A stretch of DNA of 64,000 nucleotides, taken from the IMG/VR virus record IMGVR_UViG_3300050821_001948, positions 1-64,000 of that record. One strand, written 5' to 3'. The DNA comes from a virus. Positions 19,950 through 31,563 of this stretch are shown here, one piece after another. Within the stretch, counting starts at the first letter, position 1, and each line of letters opens with the position of its first letter. The notes below the pieces were generated by a model. It was not told the DNA's origin. It searched no databases and saw only the letters and a program-made list of their open reading frames with translations. Position numbers and translations under genes: made by a program.

Positions 19950-21491
19950 CTACCCTAAGTTTCTGAATACGTCTGACATTTGACCCGTGTCGATACAGTC
20001 GGAGATTGCCCGTACGTCGTCACAGAAGGAGGCGAGGGCTGAACTTATCATAGTCTTTCCAACGGTGATGCCGTAGGTACGGAAGCCAAGTCGCTTCTTC
20101 TCGATATGATATTTCTCAAGCCATTTGGCTGTCACGCCGCATTCGTCGTCAGTGACCATCAGCAAGTCACCCTTAGATCTACCGGAGTCGTTGAATTCCT
20201 CCTCCAGGATCTCGATCGCCTTGTCAATTGGGACCTCGAAGTTAGTTCCACCAGCTAGGAATTCCTCGGCAAACTCAATCAGTAGATCGATGTCTACCTT
20301 ACCCTTGGGGAACCTATAGACGTGGAGGTCGGCTGCGTCATGGCTGAAGTTCATGACTACGGCGTCTCGATTGGTTGCGCGGGCCTGATCGATGAGGGCC
20401 ATGGCGAAACTCTTGGACCATAGTTCACGCTGGCCAGCCATGCTTCCGGATGAGTCAAGCATGACAATGACTGCACCGCGCCCCTGACGCTCAATGCCTT
20501 GGTACTTCTTGGATAAAAGCTGCCCCTCCATGAAGCGCTGGAGGAAGTCTAGTCTCAGCACGGGATGACGGCTCATGACTAGCTCAGAGGTGAGAACATC
20601 TTGTAGGTCTCCAGATAGCCGGGTTCCTACAACCTCATCGCGGGCGTAGTCAACTTTTCTAGCACGATCAGCGGATGCCTGCATCTTGAACCGGCCTAGC
20701 TGCTTATAAAACTGTCCCAGCTTTCCGCTGGTCAATCTCTTCGCAAGGTTATAGCGCTCCTGGAATGACATTCTCTGGAGATTGGCTGGACTGACACCCC
20801 AGACGGCCATAACGTCGAGTTGGCTAGCTAGGGCTTCCTCGATACCTTGAACTGTCTTGCGCACATCCTGGCGCATAGCTTGTCCTAGGCGCTCAGCGGC
20901 CTGCTGAGCCTCTTCGGTGGCTACATCCGCCGCACCTTGTGCTTCGCTAGCCGTGTCTGCGATGATCTGGAGTGTTCCATCATCACACTGGTCGCCCGAT
21001 GCGGATAAAAGTTCACCCCGTGCATCCCCGGCTACACCTTGCGCCTCCTGGGCTGCGTCAGCCTTTTCCATGGCTTCATCAGTGATCTTGTTTAGCTTGT
21101 CTTTAATCTGCTGACCGAGACTAATGGTCGCCATGGTGGAGCAGTAACGGTCGTTATTAGTTAGTTCAAACAGCCGCTCGACATCCGGGGACAGTGAGAC
21201 GTCTGTGACGATCGCATGGTTTACAAGCCTCGTGGGCTCCAGTTCATGGGGTTCCCGAATCCGGGGGTACGCCTTGTAGAAGAGGTTGTAGACATCCTGG
21301 TAGAGACCCTTGACGTAATCATGCTTCTCGGACGTCTCACTTATTAACCCTTGTAGCTCGGGCGCCTCTTCTAGACTAAGCCTGAAGGATGATTCATCGA
21401 AGATATCCCTGATGATGACATCGGTGCTGAGTTTAGTCGGCGCGTCCCAGTTTCTTCGCGCGCTTTCAATGAAGTCGTCTAGCGTGCTCAT
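19950..21491 (-). CDS. VWA (MIDAS) domain protein, ViaA/CoxE-like
   Basis: LDSSGSM MIDAS motif, GGTNF, VTDD; long helical N-terminus. Confidence 0.88.
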   Translation of the reverse strand: MSTLDDFIESARRNWDAPTKLSTDVIIRDIFDESSFRLSLEEAPELQGLISETSEKHDYVKGLYQDVYNLFYKAYPRIREPHELEPTRLVNHAIVTDVSLSPDVERLFELTNNDRYCSTMATISLGQQIKDKLNKITDEAMEKADAAQEAQGVAGDARGELLSASGDQCDDGTLQIIADTASEAQGAADVATEEAQQAAERLGQAMRQDVRKTVQGIEEALASQLDVMAVWGVSPANLQRMSFQERYNLAKRLTSGKLGQFYKQLGRFKMQASADRARKVDYARDEVVGTRLSGDLQDVLTSELVMSRHPVLRLDFLQRFMEGQLLSKKYQGIERQGRGAVIVMLDSSGSMAGQRELWSKSFAMALIDQARATNRDAVVMNFSHDAADLHVYRFPKGKVDIDLLIEFAEEFLAGGTNFEVPIDKAIEILEEEFNDSGRSKGDLLMVTDDECGVTAKWLEKYHIEKKRLGFRTYGITVGKTMISSALASFCDDVRAISDCIDTGQMSDVFRNLG

Positions 21492-22726
21492 TCTGGATAG
21501 TCAGACCAGGAGTAGCTAACGGCATTACTGGCGGCTGTGGCGTCCAGGTTCATAAGCTCGTGAAGGATGCGGAAGTCGATCCGCTGTAGCTCGCTGGCTA
21601 GCTGGTCCAGTCGGACTGCGGGCTTATTCTTCTCGACTGCATTCTTCTTAAACGTAACTACGGCCTGGTGAGCGTTTCCGACCTTCACCTTGGCATCGAT
21701 CCGGAACTTAGAGAGCTGCTCGCCACCCTTATCATTAGCCACTAGGGCTAGAATCTTCTCCATCTCCTGGTTGATATCATCGATCATCTTTTCAATACCG
21801 ATGATGGTTCTAACGGTCTCAGATGCGAAGTTTGTGACTAGCTCAGTGACCTTGTGCACTTCTTCCGGCTTTGACCACAGGACATGACGGAGGATTAGGA
21901 AGTCATCGGCGTCAACCTCATCGCGCCCGTTGAGATAGGCAGATGCTTGAAGGAGGCGGATTGATTCACGCCAGCGTCGGTCGGAAACTTCCATACCCTC
22001 GTTCTTAACCTGGCGCCAAAGGGTCGCAATATCATTCTCCACGGAGACGGGAAGTTTAATTTCTGGAACTTCCTGTTCTACGGCGAACAGTAGATCTTCA
22101 AGTTTCAGGGTGGTAAAGCTGCGAGGGGGGGCCTCAGGTACGGCTGATCTAATGAGTGCGACGAAGGATGTGGGCTCCTTGATGTAGTCCACGAACATGC
22201 GGATCAGGAACCTGTCCCAGAATGCTTCCAGCTCATCCTCTAGGAGTTCATTGCTGGCGCCGAAGGCTGAGATCAGGGGGGCTTTTACTAGCTTCCTACC
22301 GCGCCGGTACTCATGCTCGTTAACAAGCTGAAGGAGTGGGTTCAGTGTGGCGGGGCCGCTCTTCCCAACCTCATCGAAGAAGGCGATGTGAGCTGTGGGT
22401 GCAAACCCTTCGGGGTCGCGCTCGAACACGCCCTCCTTGTCGTACAGAGGGAGATCATACTGGCCGAAGACTTCTTCCTTACCGAGCTGCTTGTCTAGCA
22501 GGATCTGGAAGTACTGACATCCTATGAATCGCTCAGCGAACATGCGCAAAAGGAGGCTCTTGGCGGTCCCTGGAGGGCCTAACAGGAGAGCGTTCTTGCC
22601 AGCCAAAAGGGTGATGGCGACAGCTTCAACGTGTGGGCGCCGCTCAATGAGCAGGTTGGACAATTCGGACACGATCGCCCTCATGGAGGCGGCTGTGTCG
22701 GTCTTTATAAGCTCGGCTTGAGTCAT
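21488..22726 (-). CDS. MoxR/RavA-family AAA+ ATPase
   Basis: GPPGTAKS Walker A, FFDEVGK Walker B, ASNEL, AFWDRF, VSDRRW. Confidence 0.92.
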   Translation of the reverse strand: MTQAELIKTDTAASMRAIVSELSNLLIERRPHVEAVAITLLAGKNALLLGPPGTAKSLLLRMFAERFIGCQYFQILLDKQLGKEEVFGQYDLPLYDKEGVFERDPEGFAPTAHIAFFDEVGKSGPATLNPLLQLVNEHEYRRGRKLVKAPLISAFGASNELLEDELEAFWDRFLIRMFVDYIKEPTSFVALIRSAVPEAPPRSFTTLKLEDLLFAVEQEVPEIKLPVSVENDIATLWRQVKNEGMEVSDRRWRESIRLLQASAYLNGRDEVDADDFLILRHVLWSKPEEVHKVTELVTNFASETVRTIIGIEKMIDDINQEMEKILALVANDKGGEQLSKFRIDAKVKVGNAHQAVVTFKKNAVEKNKPAVRLDQLASELQRIDFRILHELMNLDATAASNAVSYSWSDYPE

Positions 22727-22732
22727 GGTCAA

Positions 22733-22762
22733 ACCTTAGCAGTAACGGACGTTAGCGGTCAA
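22733..22762 (-). promoter_or_regulatory. SigA-like promoter TTGACC-N18-TAAGGT with palindromic operator TAACG-N2-CGTTA in the spacer
   Basis: -10 element ends 6 nt before ATG 22726 (leaderless); operator at 22743-22754. Confidence 0.7.
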
Positions 22763-23407
22763 CAGATTGGAGGAGTTTTTTTAGCTCGACCATGTTGCTG
22801 TGATGCCATCCTGTACCGTCGAGGTAGTAGGTAAAGGAAACACTGTTGTCCTCCCAGTACACGACAGCCCGCAGTAGAATATCGTTCGTCTTCGGCGCCT
22901 GAAGCTTCACCACCAGGGAGTCAACCATCGTCTCAGAGATGATCCCGTTCTTCTGTGCCGGGTATCCGCGAGCGAAGGTGGCCTGGTTCTTCCACCCAAG
23001 CCTGTTTGCTAGCGCGATAAGTGACCGCGCTGACTGTGGAACTTCACGCGGTAGCGGTGGACGGGCTTTCTCTACGTCCACAGGAAGGGTAGATTCTTGC
23101 CCACCCATCGGAGGGCCTTCTCTGCGTCCTTGCAAATACGCTCGCCGCGTTCCTTGAATTCTTCGGACGTCCCGGAGTAGTCGTACTGCTCATTGTGGTA
23201 ACGGAGGAGTGCCTTGCCGTGTAACTTGGCCCTTACCCCCCTGTCGTTGTCGTAGTCGGAGTATGCAACTAGCACCTCACCGAGGATCTTTGTCAGCCAG
23301 CTATCAACAGCCCAAAGGGCTGTGTCATCCCATCCGGTGGCAGCCCGCTGAGCTGCGTACTTAGCTTGCCGTCTGTCCTCTGGGGTTACTTTGCGGAAGA
23401 ATCTCAA
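22752..23407 (-). CDS. Two hypothetical proteins (22752-~23108, 23072-23407)
   Basis: Coupled ORFs. Confidence 0.45.
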
Positions 23408-23679
23408 TGTGCACCCACATATTCATACTTGGCACTGAAAACATCAGGCTTGCATGGATAGAACCCGTGCCCGTCGCGGATGATCCACTCATCTATCTTA
23501 AGATTCAGCCAAGCATCATTGGCTGCGACGTAGAGTTGGCCGCGACCGTACATGGTTGTGACAAAGTTAGAGCAGCCGTGAACATCATCTCCGCTCATCC
23601 AGGCCCAGATTTCACTTTCGTTGTCACCGCGCCATTGAATAGCCTCAATCTCGACCGGCTTCGTGCTAAATTTAGGCAT
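23404..23679 (-). CDS. Conserved small phage protein
   Basis: KPVEIEAIQW...WIIR...FYPCKPDVF..KY pattern recurrent in phages. Confidence 0.7.
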   Translation of the reverse strand: MPKFSTKPVEIEAIQWRGDNESEIWAWMSGDDVHGCSNFVTTMYGRGQLYVAANDAWLNLKIDEWIIRDGHGFYPCKPDVFSAKYEYVGAH

Positions 23680-25847
23680 CGCTCATCTCTTTCAGGGTTA
23701 CGCCGGTATCACGGTACCAGTCGTGGAAGGAAAAGAGTCGGTCACCAGCGTCAGCGACGGCTTCCCACTGCTCAACTATAGCATTCATCAGTTCTTCTCG
23801 GTTGTGGAATCTTACTGTTACATCACCCTCGGAGTATCCATCAAAATCTGGGTGACGTAAGTCTTTTACTGTGACGTTTCGGATGATACGCACTTCTTCG
23901 AGCCGCTTATTCTGAACCTTCCCGGTATTACATAGGGTTCCGTACAGGTGCCCCGAGCTATCTATTGTCATCGACTCGATTTCGAAGTACCAATCAGCCA
24001 TTAACTGTCCTCGGATGAGTTTCCCCGGCATCTCTACCAACTACACAAATCCATGGAGATAGCACTGGTAGTATCCATGTCTCTTCGTTAATGGAAAGAT
24101 CTTTCGGCATCAACTGATGCGGTAGGCAGATCTTGTAGGGCTTAAAGCCGGTCCAGTGCTTGGATGCTGCGACGATTATAGATCGCGCGCCATTGATGTG
24201 GGGATATAGGTCATAGTACAAACCGAATGGCCCATTGTGGCGCAGCTCAATATCAATCATCATAACTATCGATCCTTACCCCTTGCGCCCGAAGACATTC
24301 GACGCCAGTGTCACTCATCACAACAGTGTGACCTTCACCGATAACCGCGAAGTGGTGAACACCTTGATGTGCTTCGCAGGTATTAAGAGCCATGATGATT
24401 CCTAAGACCTGAAGCTTGTCGCGGGAGTAAACCTGCTTCGTGCAGCCACCAAGGTAGGTCATCCACTGTCGGATGGGTGCAATGTGTTGCGACTGCTTAT
24501 TTGTCGCCTGCGCCTTCACTTAGTTCCCTTACTGAACTCAGCGAGAACCTTCTTCTTCCCGGTGCCGGAAATTTCCACTGCCCGGTAGATCGGATACTCA
24601 TCCTCTTCAAATTCTTTGCCGTCGATTTCATATTTGGCGTGGACTAGCTCACGGTGGCTGCGAATGACTCCCTCGATGAAAGCATGGATATCCGTATCTG
24701 CGGTAATACTCCCGCAGGGGGTCCATGCCCGCTCTACGTTCCGCTCGAAGTCAAACCTCTGAGTGTCAACTTCCTCCATCCTGTAGCTCTTGGCTTGCTC
24801 AATTGCAGCCTTAGCGGACGGGAGGTATTCTCCCTCATAATCCGAGCACACCCAATTATACGAAGCAGCGGCTTTTTCTTCGACCTGGTATCGCGGCGGG
24901 AGGAGTTCGGCTAGTCCAAGTCCCTTGAGGATTGCGTCGACCTCATCGCACCAGTCGTGGTCCTCTTTGGCCTTAAGTGCAGCTTTGACGACCTTCTTCC
25001 GGAATGCTTCATGCTTCTTCTGGAGCTTCTCGTAATCCACCTGGAGGGAATCATGGGCTAGCACAAAGTCAGTTTCTTCAATTGGGCTCTGGGCAGCTAT
25101 CATTTCAGACGATACCGATCTCGTAGAGGAATGATTCAATGTTGCCATCATTATAAAAGGGGTCGATTGCTCTAAATGTAAGCGGATCTAGCTCTAAAGT
25201 CAATCCCAGATTGTATGCGAGGTTAAAAACAGCTTGCCCTTGCCTTAGCTCAGGGAATCTTTCCTTGTACTCTGCGAGCTGTTGGTAGAACTCGTACCGC
25301 ATCACTGGGATCGCTTCCTATCAATTAGCCACCACACCAGCTTGCTGCCAAAGTACCCGACCGCAAAGCCCGCCAGGAGCTGTATCAAAATGATCACAAC
25401 CGGATCTCCGTGAACGGCATGGCTCCCTCATCTGATTCATCCCCGAGGTAAAGGTCGCCGTAGTTATTTTCTACATACCAGACGTATGCCACATCTTCGA
25501 CGGACCCCACGGTATCACCATCGGTAACAAGCCAACTCATCAGCTCACGACGAACTGCCAGGAGAAACTCTTCGGGATTAAGATGTCCGTCTGCGCTGAA
25601 GACGTCGCCGTTCTCATCCGAATAAATTTCGATGTCACTCATTAGTCTCCCCGAGTAGGTATGTAGTAGCGGCGACCAGCTCCTCCGGATTGTCCTCGAA
25701 GTATTTGTTCTCGGCCTCCAACTGCCGAGCCTCTTCAACTTCTTGAGCACAGATACCACAGTCCTCCGGGTCACACAGACCGGCTGCATGCAGGCGATCC
25801 ATTTGCTCATAGGCGGCATACGGATCAAACTCGTCGTCGTGAAGCAT
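23672..25847 (-). CDS. Block of hypothetical proteins (23672-~24001, 23994-24263, 24253-24519, 24516-25103, 25105-25305, 25394-25642, 25635-25847)
   Basis: Tightly coupled minus-strand ORFs. Confidence 0.5.
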
Positions 25848-25880
25848 TTGTTCTCCCTGAAAGTTTTTCTTCCAGGCAAG

Positions 25881-25909
25881 AACTTACCTCAACGGAGATT
25901 TGCTGTCAA
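25881..25909 (-). promoter_or_regulatory. SigA-like promoter TTGACA-N17-TAAGTT
   Basis: Perfect -35, TANNNT -10, 17-nt spacer, intergenic. Confidence 0.75.
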
Positions 25910-26627
25910 GCACCTAGGCTGGCAATGGTCAGCGCGGCGCTAACCTCACCTAGGTCTTTACGATCACGCCAACTTCCAATGTAACGAGTGTTCTCAGCAT
26001 AGATCTTATGTCCATGAATATTGTTCACACTCGCGTAACACCAGTCCGGACCCTGTTTTCCTAGTCTGTACTCTTCTGCATATCGGCATGCCTCAGCGTA
26101 GTTTCCAGCGATTAACCAAATGGTTCTACCAGTGATCGGCTTACCGACCACAGCAGGATGGTCAGCGATTGGTCTTAACCCAAGGAAGGATTTCATTTGC
26201 TGAGTACTAGTCGGTGAAGGGGTAGCTGAAATCATTTCCGCTAGTTCACCAATGAACTGGTTCTGCGTGTACGCAATTCCTGCCAGGGTTCCAACAAGTG
26301 CTCCGACGTCCTTACCTGGTTCACTAGACCGCTTAACGGCTTCGAGGAGGATTCTGTTTAGCTCTTCACAGACTTCAAGAATCTGTGCTGGCGTGGTGTC
26401 ACTCATAGTCCCAGCGCCTCAAAGAAGAGAGTGATATCTTCATAGGCTTCTGATCCAGGGTAGTAAGGATCAGCGTACCCACCCACTATTGAATGAGCCT
26501 TCTCGGGAAACAGCACGGAAGCAACATTCCATAGAGCCTGTCCCTTACGTACGTCAGCCCCGCGATCGTTTGCCCGAGCTAACCGCAGTAGCTTCTCACG
26601 GTCAATATCTACAGTAAGTGGTGGCAT
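25906..26627 (-). CDS. Two hypothetical proteins (25906-26406, 26403-26627)
   Basis: Coupled ORFs; 26403-26627 shares R.GQA..N...DP.Y with 25105-25305. Confidence 0.55.
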
Positions 26628-26662
26628 AGTTTCTCCTGGTTGACGGTTATAGTATTTACAGG

Positions 26663-27676
26663 TTACGCGCCGTGCGGGTGACTTTCCTGCATTCCAGCAT
26701 TGGTAATTTTGGTGTAGTAAGCTTTGCGGTGTAAGTCACTCAGGTTATCACAGCCAGAATAGGAGCAGCCGCTACGAATACCGGCCATCATGTCATCGAT
26801 GACACCTCTGACGGAACCCTTGTGTAACACTCTGGTACTGACGCCCTCCTCGCCACCTACGCTGCCGCGCCATTCCATCTGGGCATCCTTGCTAGCCATC
26901 CCTCGATAGATCTTGAATCCGAAGACGTCGGTATCGCCGGGCGTCTCGGTAGTTCCGGATAGGTAGGAGCCAAGCATGATGGCATCTGCGCCGAAAGCGA
27001 AAGCCTTGACGGCATCCCCGCTGTTTCTGATACCGCCATCAGCAACAACGGTCGCAGTTCTTCCGGAGGTCGGGATGGACTTCAAAGATTCAAGAAGCGG
27101 AATACCATGGCCGGTCTGGATTCTGGTGGTACAGACGCTACCACTTCCCACACCCACTCGCACAGAGTTTGCCCCAGCATCGGCAAGTCGTTGGTATCCT
27201 TCTCTTGTTGCTACATTGCCTGCCATGACATGGATTCCAGGTAGGCGATCTCTAATCACCTTCACCGCATCTACTGTGTGCTGATGGTCTCCATGTGCTA
27301 CGTCAACGAGGATGACACTGCCACCACATTCGGCAATGGCATAAGCTCTGTCAAGGTAGTCTCCAGTGGCTCCTACGGCTGCACCGAATCTAACATTGGA
27401 ATCTATTTTCTGGAGCTGAGTAACCAGGGCTTCGATTGTCATGTATCGGTGGACAATTCCCAGACCACCCGCTGCTCCCATGGCTTCTGCCATTTCCCAT
27501 TCGCAAACGGTATCCATGGGGGATGCGATAATGGGCGTCTTCAGAGTAAGAAGGTGGGCTGGTCCTAGCGACATCCGAGTGTTAATGACCGACCTGGATT
27601 TAACCGTGCTGAATCTCGGCACCAGCATAATGTCATCGAATGCCAGGCTTTCTTCTGGCTGATACAAGTACGGCAT
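26663..27676 (-). CDS. IMP dehydrogenase / GMP reductase family protein (no CBS subdomain)
   Basis: SPMDTV, DVAHG, AGNVAT, GVGSGSVCTTR catalytic loop, ADGGI, YRGMAS, EGVS. Confidence 0.9.
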   Translation of the reverse strand: MPYLYQPEESLAFDDIMLVPRFSTVKSRSVINTRMSLGPAHLLTLKTPIIASPMDTVCEWEMAEAMGAAGGLGIVHRYMTIEALVTQLQKIDSNVRFGAAVGATGDYLDRAYAIAECGGSVILVDVAHGDHQHTVDAVKVIRDRLPGIHVMAGNVATREGYQRLADAGANSVRVGVGSGSVCTTRIQTGHGIPLLESLKSIPTSGRTATVVADGGIRNSGDAVKAFAFGADAIMLGSYLSGTTETPGDTDVFGFKIYRGMASKDAQMEWRGSVGGEEGVSTRVLHKGSVRGVIDDMMAGIRSGCSYSGCDNLSDLHRKAYYTKITNAGMQESHPHGA

Positions 27677-27964
27677 CTAGACCGCCTGCTTTATGTGCTG
27701 CCAGGTGCCGTCTTCTTGGCGCTCCCATTTACGTCTACGGTTGATATTCATCTTACGAGCGATGGCGCACTCTAAGTCATCGAGTGTCCAGCCTCTATAA
27801 AAGGCGGCTCCATACAGACAAATCAGAATGTCCGCAGCTTCCTCAAGTGTGGGGTTTTCGGAAAACTCCACGGCTTCTTTAGCAACCTTTAGGTGCGCAG
27901 TCTCTGTCATGTCCATATCATGCGCCCATAGGGCAGAGAAGTGGAGTTGGCTCTCTAGGCTCAT
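27677..27964 (-). CDS. DUF550-like dATP/dGTP pyrophosphohydrolase (MazG fold)
   Basis: HLKVAKEAVE...EEAADILI...KMNINRRRKW...DGTWQHIK. Confidence 0.7.
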   Translation of the reverse strand: MSLESQLHFSALWAHDMDMTETAHLKVAKEAVEFSENPTLEEAADILICLYGAAFYRGWTLDDLECAIARKMNINRRRKWERQEDGTWQHIKQAV

Positions 27965-27968
27965 GGTT

Positions 27969-29458
27969 CTAGTATGTCACACTAGCGGTCAGAACGGCAG
28001 CAGCTAGCCAGTATATGGCGTGTCGCCAGTCATGTGAGCCTGCGTAGATTCCAGCGGAGATGAGGCTCAGCCCAATCATGATGGAGGGGAAGAGTTTAGT
28101 AATCAAGGAGGGACTTATCCAAGAATGTGACGTTTCCGTGCATGAGATCAATGTGTCCAACCCATTGATCCTCGTCAAAGATGATGAGGTATCCAGTGTT
28201 CTGATATTCCAGGATGGAGTCAGGGAAGTAGGCGCCGATCTTTTGGGCCGCTTCAGCTAGGTCGCGCCAGTTCATAACACTCATCAGAACATCTCAATCG
28301 TGACGGTATTATTCGGCCTGTCATACCATGCGGCAGCCGCATCTGCTACTTCAAGTTCATTGTTCCAGATGATTTCAACATTAGCATCATCGGGAACTGT
28401 TTCCAGTAGTTCACGCAGTAGTCCAGCGGTCACAGCGTTCCCTCCAACGCGGAAGCAAAGTCCATCAGTGGCCCAACATCCGTCAGACCTAGATCATACC
28501 AGTCCCTAGCCTGCTCGCGGGCTATCTGGATGATCTCCAGGATAGCTAACTCAGCTACTGCTCGTGTTTCACCCTCGGCTGGCATGACTTCCATGAGAGT
28601 GGTTGTCAAACGGTCCAGGATCTCCGGGCTTACGGCGCCTACTGGGACCACCACTTTCACGTTGGGCTTTCCTCTACAGATTCCATCTTCATCACGGTCA
28701 TGACCGCATTCGGTGAAGCGGTGGTCACAGGCGCTCACTGGCCTTCCCAGCGATAGGATTTAATGTTGACTACCGGGAAGCTACGCACATCCGAGTACGG
28801 ACCATAGTTGGAGTACGTGCGTATAGTCAGAACACCATCATGTAGTGTTGTCTCGGTACCACCAACGCGCTCCGTTGAACCGTCCATGAATTCAATTACC
28901 AGGAACTTGTAATAGCTACTCATAAAGACTCCCCGCCTGTCCTGAATCGTTACTTCCACTGCATTCGTTCTCATGGTTTGCGGCGCCGGGGCATCGCTTA
29001 TTACCACAGTTCGGGCATAGTGACATGCGGTTTCGAAATATCATATCCGTACCGGGGAAGGGTTTCCATGTCTTCGAGTCACAAGCATAGCATGGACAGC
29101 CGGGATAGAACTCAGCGGGATACGGGGCGGTCACATATCCTCCATCGGGTCCTGGTAGACGAGCTTGCCGTCGATGACAAAATATCTCACGTCATCGAAT
29201 GGTCCGCCTTGGAACAGAATACCACCTAGAACGTCGATGTTATCGGCCAGTTCAATGTCGCGACCATCTAGCGGACCACCAATGGCGATCACTTGATATC
29301 CCAAGTCTTGATACCCGTTAATTCTTGAACCGCATTGATCAATGCGACATCAGTATTGTTAGCCCAAATGTTAGGCGAGTCCTCTATATCTTCAACCCAC
29401 TCAATGGCAGCCTCAATAACCTTAGCTTCAGAGGTGCCCATCATGACACCGCGCACAC
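27969..29458 (-). CDS. Block of small hypothetical proteins
   Basis: About 8 coupled ORFs of 40-100 aa, e.g. 28096-28284, 28430-28738, 28916-29134 (Cys-rich). Confidence 0.45.
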
Positions 29459-30403
29459 TCATAGTCGAGTGATTCCTTCAAGCTGATCAGTTCCACAGGC
29501 CATCATGTCAATGTCGCCCCGAAGTCTAATGAACACAGGAAAGCGGAGTTCACCACTAGGCTGAATGTCTTGGCAGGTTATCTCCATAACCAGTGGCTCA
29601 CCGGCTTCCATGCGCGTCTTGATCTCATTCAGTTCTGAGTCATCAAATCCGCTGCCACACTCTCCGAGCGGGATGATTTTGCCATCACCAATGAGTCCAA
29701 TTTTGATGGCGCCAAAGGTGGCTTCGCGGTAACCTTCCCCTTTGGTTAACCCGTAACCTAGAACTGTAATAGTCCATTGCCTTTTTATCTTGACCCAATC
29801 CCGCGATCGCCCAGCATTGTAGCGACTGGTTACCTTCTTGACAATCAGTCCTTCCCACTCGGCGTCTATGGCGGTATCCCACATGGATTGGATATCAGTG
29901 CTAGCACGTACCACATCAAGCGTATTTGAGCGCCATGTCTTAGATAAACCAAGTAGGGTGGCTCTACGATACGAGTAGGCAAGGTCTCGGATGTCTGTGT
30001 CATACTTCACTAGACAGTCGAAAGCTACATAGGTGGCTGGATGTGCCTTACTTAGTGCTTCAACCTGGCGAGTATTCTGTTGAGCATCACGGATATGAGT
30101 GTTGATGAAGTCGTCATTTCCATCCTTGTCTTGGCAGATGATCTCGCCGTCGAGGGTGTAGTGTCCGCGCGGGTACGCCTGCTTGAGGGCGGCTACAACC
30201 TCCGGGTAACGGAACCCTATTGCAGTATTACGCCGGTTGATGAGGGTAACTTCGCCATCTTCGACGTGTGCGAGGCACCGAATACCGTCGAGCTTAGCTT
30301 CTGCAATCCACTTGTTCTGGCCATGGAGGATCTTAACGGCCTCATTCACGTCAGCATGGACCAGCTTAGATGCGGATGCTAGCATCGGCTTCTGGTCAAT
30401 CAT
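29459..30403 (-). CDS. ATP-dependent DNA ligase
   Basis: EAKLDGIR motif I, LDGEI, AFDCL, EGLIVK, WVKIK, OB-fold GSGF...LRFPVF. Confidence 0.93.
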   Translation of the reverse strand: MIDQKPMLASASKLVHADVNEAVKILHGQNKWIAEAKLDGIRCLAHVEDGEVTLINRRNTAIGFRYPEVVAALKQAYPRGHYTLDGEIICQDKDGNDDFINTHIRDAQQNTRQVEALSKAHPATYVAFDCLVKYDTDIRDLAYSYRRATLLGLSKTWRSNTLDVVRASTDIQSMWDTAIDAEWEGLIVKKVTSRYNAGRSRDWVKIKRQWTITVLGYGLTKGEGYREATFGAIKIGLIGDGKIIPLGECGSGFDDSELNEIKTRMEAGEPLVMEITCQDIQPSGELRFPVFIRLRGDIDMMACGTDQLEGITRL

Positions 30404-31157
30404 TTCTGGTCACCGCCCACAGGATAAGGAACACGGCGCTAGCAATAACCCAAAAGCATCCGCAGATGATTGTTCCGTAATCTCTAGTAGCGATCCCACT
30501 AATGGTGAAGATGAGACTGAGAACGGCGTATGTAGTCGCCCAGTATAGGGCTATTAGGCTACCGCTCCTCTTCTGGTTAGTCATTTTTGTAGTTGAGGTA
30601 GGAGAAGTAGGAGATGCTCAGATAGATCGCACCTACCAGAAGGGCGGCAACAGGGGTATCAGCCCACCACCAGATGAAGAGCGGGGTGAGGATGAGGTAG
30701 GTGACGGAGATGAGGAGCGCGAGGCGCTGGTATGGCGTCTTCACTTCGGCACCCCAAACTCGGTCTCAGGGATTGTATACAGGGCCTCAGCCACTGGCTT
30801 GGACATGATGCCAAGCTGGATCTCGAAGTCGCTTATGGATCTGGTGATCCTCATGAGGATGAACGGAACTCCATCAATGGTCCCAACGACCTTCCCGAGG
30901 GAGTTTTGGTCAAAGACCGGCAGGCTCAGGTCTCGGCGCCGAGAAATTCTCATGGGGGAATCTTCTCACACCTGGATCAAACTGTCAATGTGTGACCCAT
31001 GATATCCGGCGTGGTCGGCACTGCAGTGCGCGTAGGTGGTCTTCCCAGGCTCCAGGCAGCACACGGGTGCCCAGCACGAGCACCAGGCGTACCAACGGCC
31101 ATCCAGGTTGGACCTATGTGGTTCAGTGGCCGGATGCGGCTTCTGGCAGCTACTCAT
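30396..31157 (-). CDS. Small membrane/hypothetical proteins
   Basis: Two 2-TM ORFs (30396-30584, ~30577-30744) plus 30741-30953 and 30966-31157. Confidence 0.45.
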
Positions 31158-31563
31158 CGCCAGGCGCCTTGTTTGCTTGAGCTTGTGTACCTAGCTGCCA
31201 TTGGAAGTAGGGTGACTCACCATTCCCGTGATGCGGAGCGAAAACTCTAACACCATCGTCCTTGAACCATTCACCGACTTCATGCAGAGCCGCCGAACAG
31301 AGGCGCTCGTAGACCCAGCGACGCCAATTCTCGTAGTTGTAGGTGGCTACTGGTACTACAAACTCATGCCGGGTATGACGATCAACCCTGTCTCCAGGTT
31401 CACCCTTGTAGGAGTTCGGGGCGTGAAGGTAGACATACAGGAGGCAATAGTTATTCTCGTCGTCACGACTCAATCGAGCATGACTACCATCGTCATACGT
31501 AAAGTTGTCTAGGAACCGCTGAAGCTCATCCCAGGTTTGTTCATATATCATGGCCGTTCCCAT
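31150..31563 (-). CDS. Hypothetical protein (paralog of 47591-47935)
   Basis: C-terminal HEVGEWFKDDGVRVFAPH motif. Confidence 0.6.
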   Translation of the reverse strand: MGTAMIYEQTWDELQRFLDNFTYDDGSHARLSRDDENNYCLLYVYLHAPNSYKGEPGDRVDRHTRHEFVVPVATYNYENWRRWVYERLCSAALHEVGEWFKDDGVRVFAPHHGNGESPYFQWQLGTQAQANKAPGDE

